Shown here: positions 1-13,539 of the stretch, piece after piece
Layout of the letters: every line of letters begins with the position of its first letter
How positions within the stretch are numbered: the first letter of the stretch is position 1
Assembly: GCA_051942245.1 (NCBI GenBank)
Contig: JAVECL010000135.1
Span: 1-45,749, forward strand
Length of the DNA: 45,749 nucleotides
Direction of reading: 5' to 3'
Source: Trypethelium eluteriae
Taxonomy: Eukaryota
Position numbers and translations under genes: made by a program
The notes under the pieces: model-generated
The model's input: only the letters and a program-made list of their open reading frames with translations
Database searches by the model: none
What the model was told of the DNA's origin: nothing

Positions 1-86
1 GGGTCCAAGTCCAAATCCAGCGTAAGGGCTACTTGGGCTGTCAGAAGTCCGTCGTCAGGATGAGGGTGAGAGTGAAGACGAGGCTA

Positions 87-129
87 GTACGGAGTACGAC
101 TGGTACGGAGTACGACTGGTACGGAGTAC
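87..129. repeat. Tandem repeat of a 16-bp unit GTACGGAGTACGACTG (2.7 copies)
   Basis: Exact copies at 87-102 and 103-118, partial copy at 119-129; each contains TACGGAGTA. Confidence 0.9.
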
Positions 130-467
130 ATATGGCGGAGATGAGGGACTTCACAATGGGAAAAGGCTTGAAAGCGAGGAAAGGGGTCGCTGCCGGAGGC
201 TTTCTGCTGCTCGCGTCGCCTCCGTAGACCGTTTCAGATGGTGCGCTAACCCGACAGAGTCATCCACTCAAAACACCGAGGCCATCAATGTACGGTGGTA
301 CAATAGTCTACCTATTGAAGGATGCTTTCCACCGCAGCACCGCAGAGTATTCAAAGACAGACGCCGCCGGCAAATGCTATGCCAATACCACATGATCGCT
401 CACATTATTGGCCAATGCTCCCGAAAACCTCAGCCGCAACGCCCCACCCCACACATGATTATATTAC

Positions 468-2635
468 TCAATGACCATTCCTGCTCCTGGTACTCCCGTT
501 CACCGTCGTCGGACGATCCATGTAGTTTTCCATGAAGCTGATATAATCGTACTTGGGTAGCTCACGATCTTCCTGCAAATCCGGCCCCATGTGGCTCGGC
601 ATGCTCTTAACCAGGTCTTCAATCAGTTCGTCGGGAATTAACGAATGACGCAGATCCAGTTCGGTGACGTAGGGCTTGTCTACAGTGTTAGCTGACTTTG
701 TCTGGAAAATTGCCTCCACGGAATGTTATACACACCTTTCCATCCGCAACTTCTCTGAAACTTTCAAACACCTGCTCTGCAGTGTTCTGGTCCTCAGTTA
801 CTGCGACCATGAATCGGATAAACTGCTCAAAGGTGACAGTCGGTCGGCCCCCACTGGTCTCCAAAAACTTATCCTGCATCTCCTTCTCATCATACACCAG
901 ACCCAGACTAGCCAATGCTGCCGAAAATTCCAGTTGTGATAGAGAATTGCTCACATCACGATCAAAGTGCCGAAAAACGGATTCAAATTCCTCCAATTGA
1001 ATCGGTGTCAAGTTCGTCATGTTGCGCGCTACCATCTGATTCTCAAGAAAGGCCAGCTTCTTGTTCACGCTTGACTTGACCAGACCTAGCTCGTACTCGA
1101 GCTCGTCATATGTGTATGTGGTATAATCATTTTCCTCGATATTCGCCTGTGTGCACTGTTCATCAAGCTCCGCCATCCGTTCCAGATATTGGTCCAGTGG
1201 TGTCAGATGCTCGCTCAGTTTCTTTGTATGCCGCAATTGGTCTTCCACCTCGCCCTCGAGCCCAGATATTGAGGTAGATACAGTGTGAAGCGTAAACGCG
1301 AAATCGTTGGCTCTTTCCGCAAACGATCGCCGGAGCCAGTTCTTGATATCCCGGATCTTCTCGTTGATGACTTGGCTTCTGTCTCGCTCTGCCTTCACCA
1401 ATTCTTCCCAGGCTCGATCCAGGGCTTCGAGGCTCAGTTCTCGCGGAGGCTCATAGGGTCTTAATCGATAGGTGCTCAGCTTGGTCTTGATATTCCCGAG
1501 TAAACCCACTAGATCACTCTTTTCTGCTACCCATTTCCGCTTGTGGTTCCTTTTGTATTTCGTAAAGGCATTCCACTGTTCCTTTGCATCTGCGTACGTG
1601 CCTTCAAATGTAGCTGTTTCCCACTGACGTCTTTGCTCAGCAATTTGTCTCAGTAGCTCTTTCATGCGCTGCTCGAACGAGTTTTGCATCTCCCATGCTC
1701 CCTGCATGTTCGAAACAAACTTCTCCACTCGTCTACCGGCGTTCTCCACTCGCTCCATTTGGGAAAAAGCATGGAACCAATATGCAATGTAAGTCATGAG
1801 CGATCGTTCATCCGGTTTCGCCACATCGCAGACATCTTCGACGTCGAGCAGGTCCGGGATGCCAATTTCCTTGGACGCAATATCGAATGCTAGCTGCATA
1901 TTGCCTTTGTGATCGCTCTTGTCCAGTTTGTCGTAATCAATAAGGTCAGGACGATGAATATCCAGCAACGCGCAGAAAGCCAGCCCATCGTTCCAGCTCG
2001 CACTGAAATCCCTAACCTCTACTTCTTCGTAGCATGCCGTTTTCCTCTGACACCAAAGTAACAGACCCTCTTTCGCGCTCAACCCTTCCTCATTGATATC
2101 GCTGATTGTAAATCTTAAAATCAACAGCCACACCAGTCCAAGTATTATCTTCCGGTTCCCATCGACTACATCTTCGGCGCCGATGTTGTGTAATTGAATG
2201 GATCGATGAATCTTGATGAAATCGAGCGCCTTATTGACATTCTCGAAGCGCTGGACGCGCAATTTGGGGGACGCGGCGTACTTGCCAAGAGAGGTTTGCG
2301 AGAGGATTTCGATGAGGTGGATTAAGACAACCTGTGCAACAAGCGTAATGAGATGAGTTTCGGTCTCTCCTGAAAGAGCTAACCACGCAGCAAAAGAGAG
2401 GCGCCATACGCGCTGGGCCGTAGGTGCAAACGAGAGAATTACTCACGCCATCAGATAGGTCCTTAGTTAGGTCTTTGATTTCGAGGTCACGGACTTTGAT
2501 TTTGTTATTAAGCCTGAGATTGCAGGCGTCAGCCTGAGATTGTGATGAATCAAATCTTCGTCCAGCACAGATATCGCACCATTTGGTAAAGGTCTTCTCT
2601 TGCACATGAATCCACTTCTGTTCAAAGAGTGCCAT
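468..2635 (-). CDS. ain1: Alpha-actinin (two CH domains, spectrin-like repeats, EF-hands); 4 exons
   Basis: MALFEQKWIHVQEKTFTKW/LNNKI, DLSDGVVLIHLIEIL, IGAEDVVDGNRKIILGLVW, WNDGLAFCALL, KPDERSLMTY, EFESVFRHFDRD, KPYVTELDL. Predicted introns 2514-2579, 2332-2446, 675-735; stop TGA at 468-470. Confidence 0.93.
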
Positions 2636-3181
2636 GCTGAAGATAAAGGCATTACAACATACAAGCTGAGGCGTTGATGGAAAGCCTGCTATAGCAGCAG
2701 CTCTGATTAAGTAAAGCAAGCCCGAACTGAAACAAGTGTTGTTCAAAAAAGAATCAGGAGTAATGTCTGGGGAAAGGCAAGGTAAGGTAGGTTGTCCTGC
2801 TTTGTGAGTTGCCCTGCGTCGCCACTCCTGAGGGGGAGAAAGCGAAGATCCTGGTTCAAGGTAAACATGGCAACCGGCCCGCGACTAAGCAGGGGGGTCC
2901 CTGAGCATCAGAAGACCTTATCTTCCGAAACAGGTAGAAACCCCTCACCAAATAACTCCTGACCCCTTCTCCTTTCAACAGCAATCATGTACTGTACCCC
3001 TTCGCTCCATGACCGTGATATTAAACGAGCACATGAACGTCATGTTTCACCGGGCAGTTCCTGCCATTACCCACGTGCAGGAGCTACTTGGTCGGAGTAA
3101 CATCTGACATTTGAGCAGACCTTCGCAATAACTAGAAAACCGGTGGAAGGCCATCACATTCGTCTATACCCGCTATCTTAG

Positions 3182-3211
3182 AATAAAATAAAATAAAATA
3201 AAATAAAATAA
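3182..3211. repeat. (AATAA)6 pentanucleotide microsatellite
   Basis: Read directly: aataaaataaaataaaataaaataaaataa. Confidence 0.9.
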
Positions 3212-3378
3212 GGAAGAACCGTGTGGACCTTCCAAGTACCTGAGGAGGTGAGGGCTATAACAGCATTGCTATGCTGTGGACCGCAGAACTCCTTGAACTT
3301 GGCCTGACTCGGTCAACAGTTTGTACTTAGTAGCGTCATACTAGTACAGAGCGACCAGCCAACCCAGTCTTCGGTCCT

Positions 3379-3992
3379 CTACCCTGGAATGGGCAGAGTT
3401 GCGAAATGGGCCATGGCCTTCTTATTCAACTCTGGCCCGAACCCGCCCGCCTCCTTTTCCAAGTTGCTCAGCAGCTTGAAGTAGTTGATGTAAAACGCGG
3501 GTGTGAATGTATTGAAGAATCGCGACTCCTCTCCAGTCGGATTGCTGAAGGTATGCGGAGACCGAGTAGGCACCGTCACATAATCACCTGCTTTAGCGTC
3601 GATGATCTTTTCAGTGGGATTCGAAGGAGTTACTGGTACGTGAAACCGAATGGTGCCCTGGGTGACTAGAAATGTCTCATCATGCATTTCATGCCAGTGC
3701 GCAGGAGGACCAGCGGTATGCGGCGGTACGATGAGCTCAACAGATCCGAGCCGATTATCTAAGAGGTTAGCAAAAAGAACATCATATGTTGAGACAGCGG
3801 TGAACTGTTCGTCAAGTGGAACCGTAAAGGCCAGTCGCGATGCGAGGTCTGAAGAGCAATCATACCAGTTCTTGAGCCATCTTCCATGATCCGTAGCGTC
3901 ATAGGCCCGATTTTGAGTACCTCTCCCTCTTTTGCAGGCACAAAGTTCAGAGGTACATCAGGCACCGGAAGTGGAACGTTGCTTTCGGACAT
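3379..3992 (-). CDS. Cupin-2 (RmlC-like) domain protein; 2 exons
   Basis: Intron 3759-3865 (GTATGA..CTAAC..TAG) joins LRIMEDGSRT to DNRLGSVELIVPPHTAGPPAHWHEMHDETF. Cupin motif 1 is H-W-H-x4-E; motif 2 is GDYVTVPTRSPHTFSN. Confidence 0.88.
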
Positions 3993-4789
3993 CTTAATAA
4001 GTGGAAGTCGAGGCGAAAGTCTAGAATTGAGCAGGAAGGCTGTAGAATTTTATTCAAGACTAACTAATGGATCGGAGTACGAAAAAACGGTCTTGAAGAT
4101 CGCCTTTAAATCTTTAGGAGCTTCAAAGAGCCACCGGGCACGCCGGGTACCAGCAGTAATCCCCACTTCTAGACCGCCGTGCTTTAATATCAGATTCGCA
4201 AGCCGATCAGTTCTGACCGTCGTATAGTTGGCGCCTGCAACCAGAAATGGCACAAATTAAACCGGTGTACAGGCATGCCACTATGGATTTCACGGCTTCG
4301 AGATTTGCAATCCAGGAGCCTCACGACATTGGGCGAAGCAGATGTCGGTGCTCGGACACTAAGCAGAAGGCAGTCCCTAAAGACGACATCTTTTGACAAA
4401 AACGGGATTTTCCCTCGCATCGAGTGCGACAGCTTGCGACGTGCGCTAACGTGCTCCTTCGTACGAAGCTATTACATGCTAGCCGGGATGGATATTATCT
4501 CGAGCTCTTGCGAATTCCTCTAGTCGTTGTTTGCTACAGACCCTCGAGGAGATCGCTTTCATCGGACGTGGGCGGGTGCAGTACGGGGTACGATAGGGTA
4601 CAGTGTATGACGGGTCCAGGGGAAGCCAGTTGCCAGATCCTTCCGGTGGCTTTATTCACGGCACCAGCCAACAGAACATCTATGTATGATTCGCCAACTA
4701 AGGATTGGAGGCATGAATCATCTTCAAAAAGTGCATATGGATCTATCCAGATATCTTCTACAAGTTAGGCCCACCCGACAAGATCATAA

Positions 4790-6595
4790 TCAGACTTCTA
4801 CACTGTTCACTGCATTCGCGAGTTTCTCGTTCTCCCGGGCTTTCATGGTTGCAAACTCCTTCTCTGCTCTCCATGCAAATACACTCCTACTTGAGAACAA
4901 CAAATCCATTTCTTCTAAATTGCGGTTCGCAGTTTCTGCACCGGATGAGCTGAAATTACTTCACAATGGATCGGGTACTCACCAATGTAAAATCCCCAAA
5001 TAATGGGAAGCATGGCAAAATTGATCAGAGCAAAAATAATAAAGACCCAGAAACCCACCGCCGTGATTAAGTATGGCACTACTTCATTGATTGTCCCTCC
5101 GGCAAGGGAAAATGCCACCGTGGCGAGAGCTACTCCCTTCGCCCTTGAGCTCAGGGGATAAACCTCTGTTGGATACGTCCAACTATAATCATTAGTCAGT
5201 TGATACACAGGTAGCTTCAGAGTCTATCATCGTACCAAGTCGTGAGCCAAGTACTTCCATACGCAAATGTATACAGATAGAGGATAGCAGCAACGCCAGC
5301 GCCATACTGCTGGGTCTTTCCGGGGTCCATGGATTTGCTTTTTGTCACCTCATGAGCAAGTACACCGCCTATAACCAAGAGAATCCCCATAGCCGAGGAT
5401 CCCGTCAACATCATCTTGCGCCGACCGAAATGATCGGCCAGATATATTGCTGCTGCAAGACTTGCTGTGTATGAGATGAAATTACCACCAGCAAGAAGAG
5501 CCGATTTGTTAGAGCTGTATCCAGCCAATGAGAACATTTCCGGGGCATAGGCTGCGATGAAATCGATTCCCGTGAATTTCTGCAGTACCTGAATGCCTCC
5601 TGCCAGCATGATCCGACGCCGGGTATGGAAACGATCTTTTGTGAATAGCATACTCCAATAGCTTTGAGCAGAAGACGTTGCTTCCAGACGCAGAGCTGCA
5701 AGTATACCCTGCATTTCTTGCTCAATCTGCTCTGGCTCTGGATTGATTCTGCACTGCGAAAGTATTTCCTGGGCTTCCTCAAGCTTTCCCTGCTTAGCCA
5801 GATGGCGTGGAGACTCCGGATAGAATGGTATAGTGATCATGAGGAGTAGGATGAAAATAGCTTGGAAGCCCAGAGGAAACCGCCAAGCAAATGCCTCGCT
5901 CTGTGTTTTGCTACAGCCGTACTCCATCCAGTATACTAGAGTCGATGCAGTCAACGCAAGTGTGAACTCTACAGCAACAAAAGCACCTCTCATGGTCGCA
6001 TCAGCCAATTCTGAGGTCCAGATAGGCACAACGGTATTGAGGTGACCACAACCAATACCGCCGATCACGCGAGCACATGTCATCCAGGTGATATTTTGTG
6101 CGGAGGCCTGCAAAGCCGCACCTACTAATCCCCACAAGCAACCAAGCTGGACCGTCTTCAGGCGACCGACCCAATCGGCATATGAACCTACCATCAATGC
6201 ACCTGGTTCGCTATTAGGCCGACGTCTACGAGGTTGATAGAAGGTTCATAGGAATCCTATTTTGAGCTCACCAATTGCAAAGCCACCGAACCACAAACTG
6301 ACAATGCCGCCGACAGCAGCTGAATCGCGCTTGGATCCTGATGCTGCGCCCATGACGCGAAGGTAGTCCTTGTTCGTATTGACCTGGCTCATTACCTGAG
6401 CAATGTGGTTAGCCCCTCATGATCCCCTGCAGAACCATTCTGATCTTCTGACATACTGAAGCATCGTAACCGAAGAACCTATTGGGACGAGGGGAGGTGA
6501 GTCTCGATTTTTCACTCCGTGGAATTGGGAACAAAAAAAGACACCTAAACTTACATGATGGCGCATCCCGCAACCGCGAGGATGGCGAACATCAT
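4790..6595 (-). CDS. MFS sugar porter family transporter; 6 exons; start codon uncertain (see findings)
   Basis: Spliced reading MMFAILAVAGCAIM/FFGYDAS/VMSQVN..GGFAIG/ALMVGSYADWVGR..ARVIGGIG..VPIWTSE..WRFPLGFQ..PESPR..ADHFGRR..C/WTYPTEVYPLSSRAKG..E/TANRNLEEMD. Five GT-AG introns; stop TGA at 4790-4792. Confidence 0.9.
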
Positions 6596-7881
6596 TGCTC
6601 GTCCCCGTAATTTGAGGCATCTTGAGCGAGAGTAGCCTCCAGGTATGAATTGTGATATTTTGGACTCAGCTATTCGGTTGTCACAAATACTATTTTTCAA
6701 TAGAATGGAAGGGCTTTTAAGTCGCGATGATTGAGCGTGTGGTATTACTTACGGTGAAAGATAATTTGGCTTTCATCAGCATTTGCTGCTTGGAGATAAT
6801 GCTCTGCGGGGGGTTTGAATTCTTCCATTGCACCCCGTCTCGAGTGAGCTTTCGAGAAGTTGCAATTAAAAAGGAGCTAGTAGCTCTGAAAGGAATACCG
6901 GTGGAATAGACCTCCAGCGAAGACATTGTAGCCAGGTAAATACCCATCTAGTAGCCGTTGCCGGTCGTCGTCGCAAGGTCGATCTCGCGTCAACACGTAC
7001 CGAAAGGTTGGAAAGCGTCAAGCGTCCGCAGTGGGGTGCCGTAGATTTCCTCGCAGCAACTGAGATGGAGAGGAAGGTTCTCCGAAGATGCCGATTCTAA
7101 ATACTTGCTCATGACTCTGGAAACATCATGAAGAGGGCGGGATGGCTCTTTCTTTCACCAAATCCTTGCTGGGAGACCGTGCGAGATCAAAGTTTCAGTT
7201 GCGTCAAATCTATCAACTCTTGATCCTCCAGGTAATTGTCCAGCGTCGACGAGCGATGGCTGGATCGGTCTTGTTTTAGGCGGTGAGGGCAGTCCATTTC
7301 ATGCTAAGGTATCAGACAAGAGCAAGTTGGACCTCGCACAATGGTTATCGTTGATTATCAACAATCTGGGGACTTCAAATCTTTTAAGCCCAGGATCTTG
7401 CCAAACAGTGGCTGGCATTGAACATGGCCAAAGGATCCACATATCCAACGCGTTTCGAATTCTTTTTCAGCTCAGTAAGTGATGGGTCCGGCGACACTTA
7501 CAGTTCAGAGGTCCGCCGACGAAAGCATTGCTGCTCCACAGATCCTACCGCGCGTTTTTTGCAGGCCTGTACGTTGCCATAATGACTTCGTACAGGAGCA
7601 GAGTGAAACGAAAAATTAGTCACAAACTCAATTGGGAGCATTTGCAGACGTGATTCAACAGTATCTACATACGCAGAGTAAATGCCATCAACGCCACTCG
7701 TCATCTCCAAACACATACAGCCAATGGTATCTCGCCGTTCTTTCCAGGAGTTCCTTTCAGTCCCTAGCCAAACCATTTTGAGAAACGCAGAGGAAGCAGT
7801 GTCCGAGCTTTCTCCGTTCCCAACACAAAAGAAATGGTATCGCAACGTGAGTAAACGTAAAAAAGAAAAAGACACGTCTTG

Positions 7882-10819
7882 TCAAGCCAAAGGTCCGCCG
7901 ACCTCTTGCGAGCCAATGGCCACGTCTCTACCTTCAGGCATGGTGAATTTGAATGCATCATCCATGAGTGCCATCCCAATGCCGCTGTCATCCAGATCCG
8001 CTTCTTGGGAATGGTTGGGCTGACTGGCAGTAGTGTCGAAGCTCATCTCAAGCTTCGGAAAATTGCTGGGGCTTAAGTTGAGCGGCTCGTTGGCTTGTTG
8101 GATTGGAGCTGTGTGAGAGCCTGGTGGAGTAAGTCGGTGGTCTGTTATTGGAGCTGGCGGGGCGGATGAGACTGAGGCGCACTGTTAGTAGACAGATCCT
8201 GTGTGAATGATAAAGCGACTCACATCTTTCACCTGTAGGCCCTGATCCATTAGCCTCCTGGTGAAGCTGGGTACCCTCAAGACTCGCATGTCGAATTCCA
8301 AGACCACCGACAATTGGCAGACTATCTATGTCGCCGCCCCGCTCCTGCTGGACTTCTCCCTGGTCGTTGCATTGATGCTCCAAGAAGCCTCCCATAGCTG
8401 CAAGCCAGTTGCTCATCTCATCCACAAACACTTTCGTCACCCACCAGGCGCTATAGCTCACTCCACCTGCCATCGTTATGTCTCTCAACGCGGCCGTGCC
8501 CACTGCACTGATACACTGTAAGATCGTCCTTGTACTTGCCTGAGGGAACCTTCCTGATAAGCTTGACAGGAAAGCTGACCACCGATCTAGCACATTCTCC
8601 GTTGACACCGCCCCAAGTCCCTGCCCAGAGCCGACTCCCTTCAACCACTCCGGGTCTTCATCCCCAAAGCCGAAACTTGCTGCAAACGGATCCTGTGGAT
8701 CCTGTGCTTGAGTTGGCAAAATCCACTGGTTTTGCAACGGCATCAACAATGCCCGCACATCCCGGCCCAGAATCTTACCAACCTCCTCGTACCCACACGC
8801 CGGCAATTCCATTTCCATGACCCGCTTCGGGTTCACCATGACGACCCACTCAATCCACATTTGCTCGCGGTTGCCGTCGTTGGTGAGCAGGTTCGCGGCA
8901 GCGTGCGCCGCCTCGTTGACACGCAACAGCCGCTGCAGCAGGCCGCAAAACAGCGTTGCGGGCTCCATCTTCGCGTCTAGCACATGCGGCGCATTGTTCG
9001 CGAATGTCTTCCGTAGGTGCTCACGCAAGCCGTGAGCGATCATGCTGAGCACGTTGAGGACGACCGGAGGTGCGGCTTGGAGCGCCAGGGGAGCCACGAA
9101 ACGCACCATCTTTTGATACATGAGCCAGTCGCATTCTCGAATCCAAGGCGCAATGCTGCGCGAGGAGAAGAGCTTCTGAACGGGGACAGTAAGGGTGCCA
9201 CCAAAGGAGGTGAAGAGGCGGAAGAACTGCTTTTCTTTGCAGAAACGGATGCAGTCGATGAGCGAGGTGCAGTGCGTCCGATAGAGGGCAGCGAGCGCCG
9301 AGGCGGTATCGTGGTCGGTTTTTGGAGGCAGATAGGGATGGATTGCGGGAAGGGAGATGGTGTCATCGGCAGCTGAGGAGGGAGGTATGGAGGATGGCGG
9401 AAAGAGAAGCGGCTGGGAGTACATTCGTGCTGTTGGCGGCGTGGGGGCATTTGGATGTGGATATTCGGCGAAAAGCATACTGTAGGATAGCCTAGCATTA
9501 TTCGTTTGCGATGAGAAGGGAAATTGGGGTGGGGGTGGAGGAGATGGCGATGGCTGAGACTCGTAGCCATGCTCTTGGCTTGGGAAAGCAGCTGTGTCGG
9601 CTTGGAGTCGAGGAACGGCGCTTTTTGCGGTCAGCTCTTCCGAAAGCAGCCTCTTCCAATTGTCCTGTCTGAACTTACTTGAAGTCAATCTGTGTACTCG
9701 TCGAGCCTTGCCGAGGACGATGCTGTTCGAGTTGACGACTTCGCACTTGATCGAGACCTCCTGTGTTTGGATCGTCTCCTTCTAAAGCAAGATCGACATA
9801 ATGATATTTTGATTCGCCCCTGACACCCAACCTTCTCGTCTGGATCCCCGGGAATATCACTCTTACAAGTTTTCCAAAGGATGCTGGATTTAGGGGCACA
9901 ACTCTTTCAGTCGCACATCGGTCTGCGTAAAACGAATATACACGATTTCGCGGCACAGACGTCTTGGAGGATTTGCAAGTTGCTCTCAACCTGGCACATC
10001 ACGTTCAGGGCCATTCTAGACCTATTTGGTTAGGAAAAGGCACACATACCATAGCATTGCGAACAGTTGTTTTGTTTTTTCAGCCTTTGGTGTTCTCTCT
10101 GTTTTGAGGACTTCAGTCGCAACGTCTCGCAATGATCGTCCTTCATTAGCCGCCAGTATCTCCCTCAGCTCTTTATCGTTGGTTGCGGTCGATGATGCGC
10201 CCCGTTTCTTCTGCCCATCTGCCTCTGCCCCATTCGGCCCAGCAAATGCCTGGAACGTGGCACCGAAATCGTTGGGAGTACTATGTCTCGAGAATTGCTC
10301 ACTATTGAATCGTTGTAGTATAGGCCGGGAGTTGCCTGTTTGGTCGCGTTGGAGTGACGGATCGATGTTTTCGTTAGGGTTATATGCATTTGCTGAGAGA
10401 TCTGTGCCCGGTGCATAGCCAAAAGTGCTTTGAGAATCGCTTTGACCCAATTGTTGGAATTGAGTAACTGACTGGCTCGGCTCTCGTGAACGCGTATGAG
10501 GTGCACCGGATGTTGATGGCCGTGATACAGACCCGTTTATCAGGTTCAACTGATAAGACTCTGGTGGATTTGCTGGCAACCCGTTTGGATTTCGCAGCTG
10601 TAAAGACGCCTCGTAAACAGCACTTTCTGCGGAGCCATAGGGGTAGTGATTTTGCGCGTCGCTCTGGCTGGGCTGGGAGAAGGGTATGCCGGCGGATGGA
10701 AATGTGCCTTGATCGCTGGATGAGTTTCCACTTGCTGTTGATGGCCGTGACTGTGAAGCGTGACTCTCTTCCGTTTGTACTGGATTGTTAACACGCCCCC
10801 GTGTGTTACGCGATGGCAT
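7882..10819 (-). CDS. RFX-family winged-helix transcription factor (Sak1/Rfx1/CPCR1-like); 4 exons
   Basis: RFX DNA-binding domain LFAMLW/LRATC..SVPRNRVYSFYADRC..LNPASFGKLVRVIFPGIQTRRLGVRGESKYHY; extended domain ALAALYRTHC..WIRECDWLMYQKM; C-terminal DDSGIGM after splicing. Introns 9991-10049, 9621-9678 and ~8173-8224. Start ATG is inferred. Confidence 0.88.
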
Positions 10820-13539
10820 CTTGTCCCAAGTCTGAGAGTACGTGATAATTCGTCCCGCGTGTCGCGTATGGGAAGATTTGCGCAGCGTCGAACTCGTTGA
10901 CGGAGGACAGGTCCGGGGCGACCGAGGCAGGTTCTTGGCGTTTAATGAGTGGTGGGGTTTGTCATTTTCATGCGTGAACTTCAACGAGCAGCAGCTGGTG
11001 CTGGTAGTCCGATCGAGCTTGACGACTAGAGGGCAATACTCCGAGGGGCGGTTAAGATGAGTCCGGTGGTGAGGAAATTTGAATCGCTCGTATGGCGGGC
11101 GGCTGGATGAGGGAGGCCGGGGACGTCAACAGACGGTAAACATGCGCACGGACCGTAAACCCACCGTCGCATCGCCCGTTGCTACGAAGACCCGGAATTC
11201 GCGCTAGCCAAGGCCACCAATCATCACCGATCACCGCCCGCTCTGTTCAACACCAAACAAATGCTTTTTCTCATCCATCCCGTTCAGCATGTACTACAGA
11301 AAGCTCGACAGTGACCTCCTGTGTCTCACACACAAGCTACGATACTTCTTTCAAATCTGTGATGATGAAGACTTTTGCACAGTCGTAACGAAAATGATTT
11401 GTACTCAGCCAATAGCAATCGAAGATGCTAGGGTCTGATGAATTTCTTTGAACCTATCCCTTTCTTACCTCCGAGTTTTAGATATTGAAGCCGTTCTTCA
11501 ATATAATCGAAAAGGTGTCTGATAAGACGTCAACGGCCCAACCCGCAGCTTTAAAGAAACCGCGTCCGCGCACCACGGCGTTCATCTCGATGACGTCGGA
11601 TCATCTCCAAAATGGCTGCATCAGGGGACCGTGCGTTCATGGGCTTTTTTTGTAAGTCAAGCCGGTGATGATGGAACATATGCAGTTATGACTGCGCTTT
11701 CCGTAGTATCTTACGTGCGAGCGTACTGGTCTCGAAGGTGGGTCACAGAACTCTGCAGCCTCAATGCTACGTATCATTGGGATTAAGTCAGAACCGTATT
11801 TTGGTTTAACCAAAAGGCTCGCTCCAGCGATGAACAGCATAGATCTACTCCGTAGCTTGCTATCTCTGACATGGTCGAAGCTGATTGTTGTCGACCATTG
11901 ATAGGCCTATTATGAAGTTTGCGGAGCTAGTCGTGTGAGAGCCTGTGACTGCTGATCTGGGCGGTCTACGAAATGGAGGTCAACGACATCTGAAATAGGA
12001 ATACATGGGCCTCTTTTCTCAAGAAATCATACACAGTCTACGGGCATACTTCTCCTAATATAGCTGACAATTGAAGTTTTGGAGATATATCTCTACTGAC
12101 AGTATCATGCAACCGTTTGCTCTAGGTCCCGTTTCCAAGCCTGTCGCGTTTGATTGACTCAAATGGTCTGGACGATAGCTTTCTTTATTCATTAATGGCT
12201 TCAACGTCACCGTTCATCAAGCGTCCCGTTCATCAAATTGGCTGCCATGGCTCGCATGGCACTTATCCTTCGTCGGATCCAATAAGGAGACGGATTTGCT
12301 TCAACCAAGCGTTGATACTTAGCCTTTTACGTTTCGAAGATTGTTAGGGCAGAATCCTGACATTCTGCTTCTCGGCTGGGAGACTTGCTTGCAGGGCGAA
12401 CTCTGTCATAGGCGTACAAAGTGTATCTCCCGATGCGTTCTTCTCCGAACAACCCGGAGAGTACGATGGGTATCCAAGCGTTCGACGATGTCATTGTTGG
12501 GCGTTTCAATTTGAAGGTCCTAAACTCCAAACCCGATCAGCTGCTTCATTTGAAGATGCTTACATGAATGGTATGTGAAGTAGTTTGACTTCACTCGGGC
12601 AACGAACTTCCAAAGCCTCCCGAGGGTGATCGAATTTCTGAAGCGTCTGTTAGTGTTCTCCTTATTCAACGCACGTTCTCTTCTCAAGCTTCTTGTTAAG
12701 GTGAGAAGATTTACGTCGTCTATCAGAAATTAAAGGAGTCACTAGCAAAAATTGTCTTGGCAGTGCTCTAATTCGAATGACATTTCTACAGTTTCCTTCA
12801 CGTCGGATATTCGGCATTGGTTCAAGAGTTCTAAATGTCTTCTATTTCACATGCTGAAAAAAGCTGTACCTGCGCAGTCGTTAACCAATGCATGCCATCC
12901 GTCCCTACATTGTCTGAGGCGGCCGAATCCCCGATCAATGCTAGCGCCTGCTGTTAATCCCTGCTTCTTTACATTCAAAGTTTGCACCGATCTTCAAGGT
13001 TTCTATAGTAAGCAAGGGAGTTTTGCCTCATAGCCACGATGCATGTTTAGGGAAAACCCTGTCCAAGACTAATATAGCCGGGACGATCGGTAACAACAGA
13101 TTGGGTTGCAAGCTCATCAAAAATGAGGAGATCCTGGGTGAGCTTCCAATCCCTTGAGTCCGCGTGACATGCTGATGTCGGGATAATGTAGGATTCGGAA
13201 GAAATAGATGGCGACTTACAGGCAGGCCATGGTACGTGGATTGGAATTTTTCCTCTACTGAATTGGTGTAAGTTGGGATCCTACTCCCTAAAATGAAGTG
13301 TGTCGTAAGGCTAACTGAGTCCGGAGGTATAAATATCGCAATCCTTCTCAAGGGGAGTTGTCGAAGGTCTATAAGGGAATACTACTACCTTTGATTCATA
13401 TTCTCGGCGACACGCTAATTTTTACACGACGTCAACGGACCCTGCCAATCGGAAAACAGAGGATTTCACTATTCAAACACAGATTGGCACACGTGTGACA
13501 TTCTACACGTACGTGCCGCAAGCATTCAATCCTTTGACC

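Noticed and set aside
33..227. 64-aa ORF at the window start
   Set aside because: Non-ATG start, runs through the 16-bp tandem repeat and has no recognisable motif.
10820..10984. N-terminal extension of ORF 10022..10984
   Set aside because: Begins at a TTG; the first ATG (10819) is the more plausible RFX start, so this is probably 5' UTR.
11000..13450. Several 60-107 aa ORFs in the long RFX/GH5 intergenic region
   Set aside because: No family motifs and no consistent splice pattern; compatible with chance ORFs in a divergent promoter region.
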